Shown here: piece after piece, positions 16,575-30,400 of the stretch
Layout of the letters: the number at the start of each line of letters is the position of its first letter
Position numbering within the stretch: position 1 is the stretch's first letter
Origin: the human T2T-CHM13v2.0 reference genome, Homo sapiens
Strand: one strand, 5' to 3'
DNA length: 64,000 bases
Assembly (NCBI RefSeq): GCF_009914755.1
Contig: NC_060941.1
Made by a program: the position numbers and the translations under genes
The notes under the pieces: generated by a model
What the model was told of the DNA's origin: nothing
What the model saw: only the letters and a program-made list of their open reading frames with translations
Databases searched by the model: none

Positions 16575-17050
16575 CTCTGTTGCTTCAAATAGCCTTTAAA
16601 TGTGGTGTCTTAAACAACACCATTTTATTATATCTCATGTGTTTGTGGGTCAGGAATTTGGGCAGGGCACAGCTGGCTGGTTATTCTGTTCCACATGGTG
16701 TCAACAAAGAATTCACCTGGGTGGATGGACAGAAGACAGCTTCACTCTCACTTCTAACATCTGCACTGGGATTGCCAGAAGGCTAGGCTCAGCCTGCAGT
16801 ATCAGGCAGGGTAACCAAACTTCTTATGCAGCCGCTTAGGGATCTCACGGAGAGTGTCTCAAGAGGTTCAGTCCAAAGCTTCAAGGCTTCATATGATCAT
16901 GCTTTTGAAATTCCAGAATGTCACTTCCACACCTGTTCTTTCTGCCAAGCAAGTCGCTTAGACCAGCTCAGATTCAGGAAATAGGAAATAAGATTCCACT
17001 GCTCAATGGGAGGAGGAACGAAGAATTTGCAGCCACCTTTTGTCTACCTC
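16575..17050 (-). mobile_element. Old MLT1 LTR
   Basis: gtgggtcaggaatttgggcagggcacagctgg; ccagctcagattcagga. Confidence 0.6.
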
Positions 17051-17613
17051 ACCATATCAGTCAACAGTCAACACAATTAGTTTTAACATTCCAGAGGATG
17101 CACACAACAATCCCGAAAACTGAGAGAAAATATTAACATTGCAATACATATTTATTTTCTCTTAAAAATGAATTAATTGAGCTTTATGTTATTTAATGTC
17201 TAAGTTGTCACTTGTGGTCTTCCTTGGTCCATATGACAGAGGAAACGTAGCACAAACAGCATGCAAGGTGTATTGAGGGTTCAGTGGGGCTCTCAAAATA
17301 CAGATGACTGACAGCCATGCCTTTCCTGGTTTGCCTGATTTCAGTGCATTTCTATGTGTATTGCAGTTTACATGTACCCAGTTAAGTAGATTAATGTTTT
17401 ATATTACCTAATTTTAACCAAACTCATCACAAAATCAACAAACGGTTTTTAAAAGAATTTTTGCAAAGAAAGTATGGACGAAGGATAATACTGATAACAC
17501 AAGCACAAGTGACAACAAAAAAAGGGAAAATGACAATCCTGCTTTTCCTACTTCCAGTGAGCTCTCCATCAACTAAATTATCAAATATGATAAGAAAATT
17601 GTCCAACAAATCA

Positions 17614-17930
<317 letters not shown>

Positions 17931-17949
17931 TCTACTTGAAAAATGGGTG

Positions 17950-18247
17950 GCTACAAATCCACTTGCATTTACAATTAACCTTACTCTAAAGGTTGATTGT
18001 GTAGCTGCTGATGTGTATTTGGCTAGTACAGTTAGGGAGACTTTTAAAACACTATTTCATTTTTATCTGATGCTTTAAAATTTCTTGCTTCTGAATATAT
18101 TTTATAATTGCATAATTTATTGACACAACAGCTTTTATTTATATATATTATTCACCAGTACATCAATAAATAAACAAATATTGTGGGTACCTCATCAAAA
18201 TTACTTTACCAGTGAAAGGTATGATCAAAAATATTTGAAAATCACTG
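17950..18247. mobile_element. Probable hAT-Charlie fragment
   Basis: AT-rich body ending tttgaaaatcactg (hAT-like terminal repeat). Confidence 0.35.
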
Positions 18248-18981
18248 TTGGAAATAGCAGACAGATAGCAAAGGCAGTGGCCAAAAGGGCAGGTGAGGAA
18301 GGCATAGAGCACATGAATTGTGACCTGGAAATATCATTTCCTGATGGGAACATCTGAACGTCTGTGAGTGTCCATAGCTCCTGATTGGTAATGAGTCATG
18401 GCCCCCAGTGCCTCCCCAGCCAGTCATGTGTTACCATAATTTCTGCTGTAGTCTCCTTCTCAACTCTTTTCAGCCCCAACCTCAGAATAAGCTCCAAGCC
18501 AAGGATTAGGGACGGCTAATCTCTACATCATAAGCACCTATTGCAGAGCCCTTCCCACAAAGATATTCTGTCATTTACCTAGCCCTTGGATGCAAATGTC
18601 CATTGGGGCCACCCAATTCAAGTCATCCTCATTAGCACTGCCTAAAGGGGTTGCTTTTAAATGAAGCTTTCCACAAGGAAGAAACGTTGAAAAACCCCCC
18701 AAACGAAGCATGAACAGAAAAACTATTTCCCCATGGTTAAAAGGGATCACTAAATTGATACAATATCTCTGGAGGGATGTTGGACAGTATGTATCAACAT
18801 GTAAACTGTGCAGACTTTTGGCCTGTAATCTCACTTCTAGGAATTTACACCAAAGAGATAATTGGACAAGTGCAAAATGATGTGCAGCAGATAAGGAAGA
18901 TTACATTACATGAACATTTAACAAATATGAACTCAAAAATATATGACGGCAACATAGAGAGGAAAAGAAATCATTTAAGTA

Positions 18982-19143
18982 GGCTGGGCACAGTGGCATG
19001 TGCCGGTAATCCCAGTTACTCAAGAGGCTGAGGCAGGAGGATTGCTTGAGCCCAGGGGTTTTAGACGAGATTGGGCAACATAGTGAGACCCAGGCTTAAA
19101 GTTTTGAAAATAGTAATAATAAAAATAAATAAAAGGGACAAAG
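18982..19143 (+). mobile_element. Alu monomer (FLAM/FAM-like)
   Basis: Single arm; TSD agaaatcatttaagta. Confidence 0.85.
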
Positions 19144-20329
19144 AGAAATCATTTAAGTAGTGTGTGTGTCATTCTGAAATACTTCCACCCAATAAGCCTA
19201 AGTCCAAGGCAAGCTTGATGTGGGGGACAAAGAATCTCTTGATCTCTCAAACTGGCCTCAGTTCCCAACTGCCTCTCATAGAATAAGTATCTCTTCCTGC
19301 TGCGTGTGAGGCTAGTGTTTAAAGATACATGACCTATAACATAATCCCTACATGCAAGCCAAGCAGAAAATCAATATGTTCCAACGCTCGAGGAGACACA
19401 GGATAAAGTGACCTTCTGAAAAATGCTGTGCTGGTCCCCAGTGTGGCATAACCTAAGGAACTCCACTGTGTTTACAGAGAGGCTTATCACAGCACTGCTA
19501 TCAAAACCGAGTGAAAATTTGGGAACCCTCTAAGTGTCCATCAGTAGTTCAGTAGGGTTTATTGATGTGCAATACTTCCATTTAATGGAATATTATGCAG
19601 CCATTAAAAATGATAGTGTAGTTCTGTATTTGTTAGAATGTAAAGATTAACACAGCATGTCATCAAGTAATAAAAAGATTATGTAAATGGACACACAGTA
19701 TGATCCCATTTTTATTAAATTATAGCCATATATCTCTATGTATGAATAATCTATGTAAATATATCCTTAGAAAAATGTCTAGGTGAAGCTCAGCAAAATC
19801 TTAGTAGTAGAAATCTCTGGGTAATCGTATTTTGAGTGATTTGAGGGTTTTTTTCTGATTTAAAAAAAATCGATAAACTTTAAAAATAAACAATAAAGCT
19901 ACCTTTAAAACTCATTCTATGGTTAGTTCCACTCTCATATAAGCAAATGGTTCCCAACCTTCTCCCCCACTGACCCTTGGTTATTGCTGCCTGGGGTTTG
20001 GCCATTCAATCATTTCAGAACTCACCAGAGAGGATACAAAAACTATGATACACATTTGCCAAATTTGATTCTATAGCTGTATGTTCCTTTGTCTTTTCTC
20101 TCTTTTGTCTTCACCAAATTAGTCTGTTGGATATTTTTCACTTCAAGAGGGACCAAATCTGTTGTAACTTACTTAGTGCAACTCAGGATAGCACCATATC
20201 TGCTCCTCTCTAGCACTCCCACATTATTCTCAGAAATAATAACCCATCAGAAGGTGCTTGGAGTGGTGAGCTACTGGTGAACATCCAGCTACATCTGCAC
20301 CTCCATCTCCAGGAGACTTTGTCCCTTAG

Positions 20330-20630
20330 GGCTCAGCTTAGGTGCTGCCTCCTTCTGGAAGTCTCTGATCTCCCTTCACTGCTGAGTTAGCTGCCTTTTC
20401 CCATGTTCCCCGGGTGCCAATGTTCCTTCCTAGCATTGTAGTCTAATCCTAGTACTGTATCATATCATGGTGTGTTATTGTTGCCTGTTTATTTGTTTGT
20501 TCTTCCAATTGGACTGTGAAATCCTTGAGGGCAAGAGATTTCACCTTCTTCATTTTAATATCCCCAGCCCTGGCACAAGCTTAGCACACAGTGGGCATTT
20601 AATGTATGTATGTATGCTGAACAAATTAAT
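20330..20630. mobile_element. L2 3' end (representative; further L2 relics near 4100, 4870, 7540, 13600, 47000, 51150, 54900)
   Basis: gactgtgaaatccttgagggcaagaga ... ccccagccctggcacaagcttagcacacagtggg..aatg. Confidence 0.65.
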
Positions 20631-21126
20631 GAGAAGGAATAGAGGTGGGACCACAGACCATTATCATGCATGGGTTTCATAAAATGACTGTTCATAATTT
20701 CTTTCCCAGTTTCTGTCTTCTCCCCCTCAGAAACACAGTTTTGATTTGCCTGAGGATGGGCCACAAGCCATGACCCTTATTTGAGATAGAACTCTCAGAC
20801 TAATTTAGGATTAAAGAAGAAGGATGAGGAGACTATATTGGTCCGTCAAAGCGGGAAATCACGGATGAACCTGGCTCCAGGCATGCCTAGGTCCAGGAAT
20901 TCAAGCACAATCCTCAAGACCCTCTCTCACCTTTTTCCCCGTTGCTTGGTACTGATGCTTTTTCCGCATATTGCCTTATTCTCTCCTATTCTGCAAATAG
21001 GTCATCACCAAATTGTAAAAAAGATGGCCACCTGCCATCCCCAATTCATATCCTCCTAGCTCTCTGTCATAAAAGGCACCACTTTCTCCTTCAAATCCAA
21101 AGTCCCTAAGAAAAAGAGGAAAAAAG

Positions 21127-21416
21127 GCTTGGTGTGGTAGCTCACGGCTGTAATCATAGCATTTTGGGAGACCAAGGTGGGAAGATTACTTGAGGCCAGG
21201 AGTTCAAGACCAGCCTGGGCAACATAGCAAGATCCTCTCTCTACAAAAAATTTAAAAATTAGCCAGGTGTGGTGGCATACCTGTAGTCTCAGCTACTCAG
21301 GAGGCTAAGGTAGGAGCACGGCTTGAGCCCAAGAGTTTGAGGCTGCAGTGAGCTATCATTGTACCACTACACTCCAGACTGGACGACAGAGAGACTATCT
21401 CAAAAAAAGAAAAAAA
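21127..21416 (+). mobile_element. Alu (J-like)
   Basis: Dimeric Alu sequence. Confidence 0.92.
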
Positions 21417-23599
21417 GTTCCAGGGAAAGATTCTGATGGGTCTGACTGCAGTTAAATGTCCATTCCTGACAGTGAAATGCAGTCCTGTGATTGGCAGGTC
21501 ATGACCATGTCCCACCCTTACACTCAGGAGCATGAGAAAGTGATTGGCTGTACCACCGAGTCCCATGATTGGGAAGTGGGAACAATGTCTTAAAGCAGGG
21601 TATGGGGGTTGCTGGACAGAAAAAAATAATAGATGTCTCTCCGAAACACTCTGGGAAAGTAACCCATACAAGAATTCCCATTGTTGCCTGGAAAATTCAG
21701 TCTCAATCTTTGGGGTAGGGGGAAAAAAAAAATCATGTGACCGATCAGTTTCTCCTTCTGCCTGCTCATAACCCTCTTCAAAGAAGATTTTGTTTCTCTC
21801 TTATTCCTGTCCCTACCAAAATGACGCTGGGTGGTCAAACTTTCAAGACCCCTCAGAACCTGCAGCCAGACTCTGACAAGCAAACCCAGGCCCCACCCTT
21901 GGCTCATGAAGCCTCTTACCACAGGGCCTCAGTTAGCTACTGGCTGTGCTGTGCCAGTCCCAATCAAATGCAAGCCCGAGGGCCATTCCCAAGGCCAGCA
22001 CCACGCTGCTCCAGGGGGTACCTCCTGCCAAGGTGTTATCGGCAGGCCTCTGTTCCCAAACGCCACATTGGGAAGACTGGTGCGTCTTGTCTCAGCCTGG
22101 CTTTGACAGGCTGGGCCCCTGGCCTAGCTGGTGGCTGCAGATCAACGGCACTTTGTCAGCCCAACACACCTCTAAGAAGCTGAAGTGCATACTGAATGGA
22201 GGCGTCTGCAGACCTTCTGGGCTCGGCAGCCCCTCTGCGTGTTTGGGTAAAGAAATATGCAGCTTGAGCTGTGGTCATTGCTGCCTGAGCCGCTGAGCTG
22301 CAATCAACATCAACACCACAAGGACACAATATTTTCTCCCGATTTACAACACGTTCATTTATTTTGGAATTTCTGTGCCAGCTGAGGCTACAGGGCGGTG
22401 ACAGTGGAAAAATTGTCCTAGGGCCAAGCAAAAGAGAGTGTTGCAACCAAGCTCCTGTTCTGAAAAAGGGTGCTCGAAAGCAGCAAAAAGCAAGCAGAGC
22501 TAAGAGAATGACCTTCCACAAATAGCAGCCCACAGGACATGGGTGGCCAGTCTGGGAAACAACTAATTTGGAGGTCCACTATTGATCCTACACCAGGGTC
22601 TGAAGATGGGCCACTGGAATCCAGGGTTCCTAAGAAACTGCTGAACCCCTTGGAGTTTCCATTATACAAGATGATCTGCTTTCTTTCTCAAAGTTCCCCA
22701 GGGAGTCAGAGATCCTGTGACTTCGAAGCTCCCCCTCAAACTCCCCCAAAGTAGCCTTTATTGGAAAACACCACAAACAAGTGAAAATGATAGGATTTGG
22801 AGTGAGAAAAACTTGCATTTGAATTGTTCACACTGCTACTTACTTACTGAGTGTTCTTAACTCTCTCAGCTTCAGTTTCCACATCTGTTTTTAAAATGGA
22901 CATAATAATATCTAACTATCAAAGTTGTTGTGGGAAATAGAGTAATTTATCGAAGTACACAGTACAATGCCCAACTCTTTGTGGGCACTCTGTACATGAA
23001 ACTTCTGACTCCTTTTGTTTTCTTGTTTTTTACTGGGTCATTTAGATGTTCTCTACTAGGCTTTATTGTGTACCTATAAAATAGATCAGGATGCTGCCAG
23101 TATGGAAGGTCTATTTGTTGGGCTCCCTGGGACTGAAAACTTCTCTCGATTTAAGGATACTCCATGAAAGGAGGAAGTGATAGAGAAGGGAGGCAATGAA
23201 AGGGAGGGGATGGATGTGCAATTACCAGTATTCCCAACGAGAGGCCCTAGGAAGGGCCCACTCCAGTCATAATTACAAGAGGACTCAACAGACAGGCTAG
23301 TCTGTTCCAGATACAAGAAGGAACCTTCAACTGTCATCTGGAACAGGCTTCCAAGAGATAATCTACTTCTCCAAGACAATAACAAGCTGTACAACTTAAG
23401 GCAAAAAGAAAGGGAACCCCAAGTGCATTCTTCTTATCCTACTGAGAAGAAATCTGATGTCTGCCCATGGGAAGTGACCACTCAAGGTGTCACAACTAGC
23501 ATGAAGCAGAGCAGTGTTCTGGAACCAAGTCTGACTGATTGCAAACTGGTTGTCTCATAAAAAAAAAAAAAAGAATTTTAACAAGGGTAACAAAACACA

Positions 23600-23765
23600 C
23601 TCAATTCACATTTTATGTTCTATAAAGTCACCTGAATTAGCAAGTACTGAATCATTGCACCTAAACAAAATACAAGATTAGGTTCCTGCAAGCCTCTGGT
23701 CACAAGATCTCCATCATCCCATCAATTTATAATGTTGTTTTATGAGTGTTTCTGTTTAAAGACAC
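23600..23765 (-). mobile_element. MER82 (TcMar-Tigger), left part, split by the ERV-L
   Basis: ttatgttctataaagtca..ctgaattagcaagtactgaatcattgc resembles the MER82 end and continues after the provirus TSD. Confidence 0.7.
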
Positions 23766-24250
23766 CATGACGGTTAATTTTATGTGTCAACTTGACTGGG
23801 CTAAGAAATGCCCATATAGCTGGTAAAATATTAAATCTGGGTGTGTCTGCATGGATATTTCTGGAAGAGATTAGCATTTGAATTGGTAGACTGAGTAAAG
23901 ATTATTGTTCTCACCAATGTGGGTGGACATTACCAATCTGTTGAGGGCTCAAATAGAACAAAAAGGCAGAGGAAGGGCAAATTTACTCTCTCTGCTTGAG
24001 CTGAGACAGCCATCTTTTCCTATTGTCAGCCATCAATCCTCCTGATTTTCAGACTTTTAGACTCAGATCAAGACTAACACCATCATCCCGACTCCACCCC
24101 CAACCCCCAATTCTCAGGCCTTCTGCCTCCTGAATCAGACTCACCACTGGGTTTCCTGGTTGTTCAGTTTGCAGATGGCAGATCATGGGACTTCTCAGTC
24201 TCCATAACTGCATGATCCAATTCCTATAATAAATCTTTATAGGATTATAA

Positions 24251-24291
<41 letters not shown>

Positions 24292-24434
24292 TGAACACAC
24301 ACATACATATGTGAAGAATAGGATTTATCTGAAGGACAGGAGATATATATATTATATATATATGTATCCAACATATGTATATTATCCAATATATAATATT
24401 TGTTCTATTTCTCTGGAGAACCCTGACGAATACA
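23766..24434 (+). mobile_element. MLT2 5' LTR
   Basis: Begins ..tgacggttaattttatgtgtcaacttgactgggc and ends ctggagaaccctgacgaataca, with an internal (TA)n(CA)n tract. Followed by an ERV-L PBS-like gatttt..ggtactgagaatggttctagaggaac. Confidence 0.88.
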
Positions 24435-24668
24435 GATTTTGTTCGGTACTGAGAATGGTTCTAGAGGAACAAAATTTTAAGGATAAGTTTTCTGAATTGG
24501 TTCTGGGGTTTCTGAAACGGACTCTCCAATCTGATTAGATTTAAAGACACTGATGACTATGTTTCCAATGTAAAATGAGCACTGATAATCCATGGAGTGA
24601 ATTATTTAGAAACACAAAAAAGTCTGCATGGGATACTTCTAATCACCTATTTACAAGAAGCGAGGTGC

Positions 24669-25176
24669 AGAGCTTCCAGATAGCTGAACACATGGAGGTT
24701 CCTGGAGGGTGGCATGCCCAGGGAGGGCATGGAAGCTCCATGCCTTTTCCCCTATACCTTGCCCTCCACATCTCTTCATCTGTATCCTTTGCAATGTTCT
24801 TTATAATGAACCAGTAAACTCTTTAGGAACAAAGCCATCAAGAAAAAAGACAGAAATTGAAAGCAGCCCTACTATATAGTTAGACCATCAAGACAGAATT
24901 GAATTCATTGCCATCAGCGTCTGACTATCTGAATCTAAGTGAGACTTTATCCCAAGGGGAGTCTGACAAACTTTCAGGTTTCTGATCATAAGACTGCTAT
25001 CTCCAAGGGAGTAATAAAGTTTACGAAACAGAATAAGATCTCAGAGACTTTTAATCTCCTCAAGATTAGGAATGCAAGGGAAGCTTCATTTAGAAAGGCC
25101 TGAAGCTTTGAAGCAATTGTGATTCCTCATATATTATTCAAATAAAATAAGTACCAAGTTTAAAAAAATACAAAAG
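24669..25176 (+). mobile_element. Retrocopy insert: MER21-type LTR segment joined to unrelated sequence, with poly(A) and TSD
   Basis: TSD aagaagcgaggtgc (24655-24668) / aagaagtaaggtgc (25177-25190); AATAAA at 25141; A-tail 25162-25176; 24669-24819 resembles the MER21 LTR. Confidence 0.7.
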
Positions 25177-25900
25177 AAGAAGTAAGGTGCTAGTAACTCT
25201 ATATGTGATACTTTCAAACATTTTTTGAAAGCCAAGGAATATAATGATGTTGGTGGGTTGCTCCTAATGTCACTGGGCAAAGTGGTGAAAGAAAAGTATG
25301 AGCTTAAGGATGTGAATTCAAAGCTCAAGCATTGCATAAATGACCTAAGAGCTTCTGGGTATGCCCTGAAAGAAAGTCTTATCTCCTGTAGCCATAGGGC
25401 TGAAATTTCTGAAAATCAAATGCAGAACCTCATCTTGCAATTTGCTGAATTACAATGCAAGTTGAACTCCCAGCATCACAGGGTGTCCACTGTTAAAGTG
25501 ATGGCATTCATTGGGGGAAAAAATGGAATCCTTTAAGTTGAAATGGGGATATGTGGGAAGACCTTGATGAACATGGGGACATTAAGTCCCTAAATGAGTC
25601 TTCTTTGCCAGTAGAAAGGTTCTCCTCACCCGCAGTGGAAGTGATCTGTCCACTCCCAATAGCTACAGCCTTTCCATCTCTATCTGAGGGGTTAATCCTG
25701 CATTACCTTAGGAAGTGATAATAACCTCTCCTGAGGCAGCTACCATGCAATATGATGCTAGCTCTCCTCAGAACCTTTCCCCATCACTCTTCTTTTCTTC
25801 TAGACCTATAACCAGACTCATGTCCCAGGAGGGGACATACTTTGCCCCTAAAGACAAAGTATGAAGCTGTGAGGAGGTGTGCTACACTCCAAAGGAACTA

Positions 25901-27414
25901 CAGTCATGCCCCACATAACATTTTGGTCAACCATGGACCACATATACAATGGTGGTCCCATAAGATTATAATAAAGCTGAAGAATTTCTATCGCCTAGTG
26001 ACACCTTAATGTTGCCATCTTAATGTCTTGACATCATAGAGCAATGCATTGCTCACATGTCTGTGGTGATGCTGGGGTAAACAAGCCTACTGTGCTGCCA
26101 GTTGTATAAAAGTATAGCATATAACAATCATGTACAGTACATCATAGTTGATAATGATAGTAAACAATTATGTTACTGGTTTATGTATTTATTATACTAA
26201 ACTTTTTATCATTATTTTAGAGTGTGCCCCTTCTACTTATAAAAAAGATAGTTAACTGTAAAACAACCTCAGGTAGATCTTTCAGAGGTATTCCAGAAAA
26301 AGGCATTGTTATCATAGATGACAGCTCCATGTGTGTTATTGCCCCTGAAGGCCTTCCAATCGGACAAGATGCAGAGATGGAAGACAGCAATATTGATGAT
26401 CCTGACCCTGAGTAGGCCTAGGCTAATATGTGTATATGTGTCTTAGTTTTTAATTAAAAAGCTTAAAAAGTAAAAAAATTAAAAATATTTAAAAATAGAA
26501 AAGACCTTATATAATAAGGATATAAAGAAAGAACTGTTTTTGTACGGTTGTAAAATGTTTGTGCTTTAAGTTAAGAGTTATTAAAGACTGGGCGCAGTGG
26601 CTTACGCCTGTAATCCCAGCACTTTGGGAAGCAGAGGCAGGTAGATCACCTAAGGTCAGGAGTTCAAGACCAGCCTGGCAAAACCTCATCTCTACTAAAA
26701 ACACAAAAATTAGCTGGGCATGGTGGCAGGTGCCTGTAATCCCAGCTACTCAGGAGGCTCAGGCAGGAGGTACTTGATCCCAGGAGGCGGAGGTTTCAAT
26801 GAGCTGGGATCATGCCACTGCACTCCAGCCTGAGCGACAGGGCAAGACTCTGTCTCAAAAAAAAAAAAAAAAGAAAGAAAAAGAAAAGTTATTAGAAATG
26901 TGTCAAAAAGTTGAAAGAAAACTAAAAGTTTACAAAGTAAAAAAGTTATAATAAGCTAAATTAATTTATTATTGAAGAAAAAAGTATAAATTTAGTGTAA
27001 CCTAAGTTTACAGTGTTTATAAAGTCCATAGTAGTGTATAGTAAATGTCCTTGGCCTTCACATTCATTTACTACTCACTCACAGACTCATCCAGAGCCAT
27101 TTCTAGTCCTGCAAGCTCTACTTATGTACTTATGGTAAGGGCCCTATACAGGTGTACCTTTTTTTTGTCTTTTCTACCATATTTTACTGTACTTTTTGTT
27201 TAGATATGTTTAGACACATGAGTACTTAACATCGTGTTATAATTGCCTACAGTTTTCAGGACAGTAACATGCTGTACAGGTGTGTAGTCTAGGAGCAATA
27301 GGCTGTACCATATAGAATTTTGTGTAAATACACTCTACGATGTTCACACAATGACAAAATCTCCTAAAATGCATTTCTCAGAACGTGTCCCCATCCTTAA
27401 GCAACACATAACTG
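25901..27414 (+). mobile_element. Tigger3/Golem-type DNA transposon (Tigger3b-like) inserted in ERV-L gag
   Basis: TA TSDs (25899-25900 / 27415-27416); termini cagtcatgccccacataac ... ttaagcaacacataactg; gag sequence resumes across the insertion. Confidence 0.88.
26586..26885 (+). mobile_element. Alu (S-like) nested in Tigger3
   Basis: Dimeric Alu; TSD approximately agttatta. Confidence 0.92.
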
Positions 27415-30400
27415 TACTTGAGTTTTCCAATTTATGCAATCAGAAATCTGGGGAACATGTGTAAGAATGGTTATTAAGGGTGTGGGATAATGATGGAAGA
27501 AACAAAGTCAGATGAAGCTGAATTGATTGATATGAACTCACCAAGCAGTGATTCTGCATTTAATGTTGCAGCTCAAGAAGTTAGAAAGAGCTCTAATAAT
27601 TTGGTTGGTTGGCTGAAACCTGGATCAAAAGATGGGCTACCATGAGCAAATTGGAAATTTCCAGCCTCCTGTGGTTTAATGTAGAGGAAGGGATTCAAAG
27701 AATTAGGGAGACTGGAATGTTAGAGTGGATTTGTCATTTAAGACCTGCTTACCCACACCAGGAGAGTCCAGAAGACATAAATTTCACCAATACTTTGAGA
27801 AGTAAATTTCTGAGGGGAGCCCCAGCATCCTTGAAGAGCTTCATGATCACTATTCTCTGAGACCAGACCTTACAGTAGGAACTGTAGCCATTCAGTTGGA
27901 AAATCTAAATGCAATTTGTGTAATTGGATCCAAGTGTGGCACTCAACTGTCAAAGGCAGATGGACATAGTTACCAACATGGATAGCAGAGTAGATGCAAC
28001 AATCAGGATAGTCTGACTCATGCAGATCCATGGTATTCGCTGGTTCATCATGGTGTTCCTAGAAGTGAAATAAATAAGAAGCCTACAATGCTCTTACTTG
28101 ATCCATATAAGCAGAAAGGCTCTAGGTCAAGTGAACAAAAGTGTAACTCAGTGTAACTCAAATCATAAAAACAGAGTCACAGCCCCTCAATCAATTCCCA
28201 GACTTGAGCTAGTTTACAAACACAAAACTTCTTGAGTGAAGAGGAGGTAGAGTCCCGTCAAAGAAAAGCCTAGTTCACCACTGAACACACACACTATTAA
28301 TCTTACTCCCAGCCTTCCCACAATGGGCTCACAGCCTTTTATCAGGGTAACTGTGCACTGGGGGAAAGGAAATGATCAGTTCTTTTGGGAGCGATTAGAC
28401 ACTGGCTCTGAACGGACACTGATTCCAGGAAACCCAAAACATCACTGTGATTCTCCAGTTAGAGTAGGAGCTTATGGAGGTCAGGCGATTAATGGAGTTT
28501 TAGCTCAGGTTCATCTTACAGTGGGTCCAGTGAGTCCATTGGGCCCCAGAATCCATCCTGTTGTTATATCCACAGTTTCAGATGCATAATGGGAATAGAC
28601 ACACTTAGCACCTGGCAGAATCCCTACATTGGTTCCCTGACCTCTGCAGTGAGGGCTAGTATCATGGGAATGACCAAATGGAAGCCACTAAAACTGCTTC
28701 TACCTAGGAAAATAGTAAATCAAATGCAATACTACATCCTTGGAAGTATTGTAGAGATTAGTACTAACATCACGGAAAATAGTAAATCAAAAGCAATACT
28801 ACATCCTTGGAAGTACTGTAGAGATTAGTACTAACATCAAGGACTTGACAGATGCAGGAATAGTGATTCCCACCACATCTCCATTTCACCCTCCCTACTC
28901 AGCCTGTGCAGAAGACAGACGATCTTGGAGAAAGATAGTGGATTACTTTAAGCTTAACCAAGTGGTGACTTCAGTTGCAGGTGCTGTGCCAGATGTGGTT
29001 TTATTCCTTGAGCAAATTAACACATCCCCTATTACCTGGCAGTTATTGATCTGGCAAATGCCTCTCTCTCTATCCCTGTCTATAAGGACCACCAAAAGTA
29101 GTTTCCTTTCAGCTGGCAAGGCCAGCAGTACACCTTCACTGTTCTATCTCAGGTGTATCAACTCTGCAGCCCTATGACATAACTTAGTTCTCAGGGATCT
29201 TGATCACCTTTCCCTTCCACAAGATATCACACTGACCCATTATATTGATGACATTATGTTGATTGGCTCTAGTGAGCAAGAAGTAGCAACTACTCTAGTT
29301 TATTGGTAAGAAATTTTTGCAGCAGAGTTTGGGAAATAAATTCAAAAAACTTCAGGGCCTTCCACCCCAGTGAAATTTCTTGGGGTCCAGTTGTGTGGGG
29401 CATGTCAAGATACCCCTTCTAAAGTGAAGGATAAGGTGTTGTATCTGGCCCCTCCTACAGACAAGAAAGAGCATGCCTAGTGGGCCTCTTTGAATGTTGG
29501 AGGCAACATATTCCTCATTTGGATGTGTTACTCTGGCCCATTTACATGTGACCTGAAAAATTTCTAGTTTTGAGTGGAACTCAGAGCAAGAGAAGGCTCT
29601 GCAACAGGTCCAGATTGCTGGGCAAACTGCTCTGACACTTGAGGGTATATGATCCAGCAGATCCAATGGTGCTTAAAAGTATCAGTGGCAGATAGGAATG
29701 CTGTTTGGAGCCTTTAGCAAGCCCTCATTGGTGAACTGAAGTGCAGGCTTCTAGGATTTTGGAGCAAAGCTCAGCCATTATCCACAGATAACTACTCACC
29801 TTTTAAGAGATAGTTCTTGACCTACTACTGAGCCTTAGTAGAAACTGAGTGCTTAACCATGGGCCACCAAGTTACCATATAACCTGAGTTGCCCATCATG
29901 AACTGCGTGTTAGCTGATCCACAAAACCATAAAGTTGGGCATGCACTGCAATACTTCACCATCAAATGGAGGTAATACATACATGATCAGGCCTGAGAAG
30001 GCCTTGAAGGAACGGGTAGTTTACATGAAGGAATTGCCCAAATGCTCATGATCCCCACTCCTGCTACACTCCTGTCTCTCTACCAGGCTGCCCCTACAGC
30101 CTCATGAGGAGTTCCCTATAATCTGTTGACTGGGGAAGAAAAAACTTGGGCCTGCTTTACAGCTGGTTCTGCACAATATGCAAACACCACTCAAAAGCTG
30201 TCAACTTTGGGTGGTGCTTGCATGTTGTGCAGACCATACAGCAGCACTACAGTCCATCTTTGGGACACCCCTGAAGGACTGTGATGAAGGGAAATTCTGC
30301 CAGTGCACCTAGTTGTGCAGTTTACTTGGAAGGAGAAATGGCCTTCACGCAGTAATATACTAATTCATGGACTATAGCCAATGGTTTGGCTGTATAGTCA

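Noticed and set aside
21737-22533. Cluster of 90-148 aa ORFs in unique sequence
   Set aside because: No recognisable homology or exon structure; consistent with chance in moderately GC-rich DNA.
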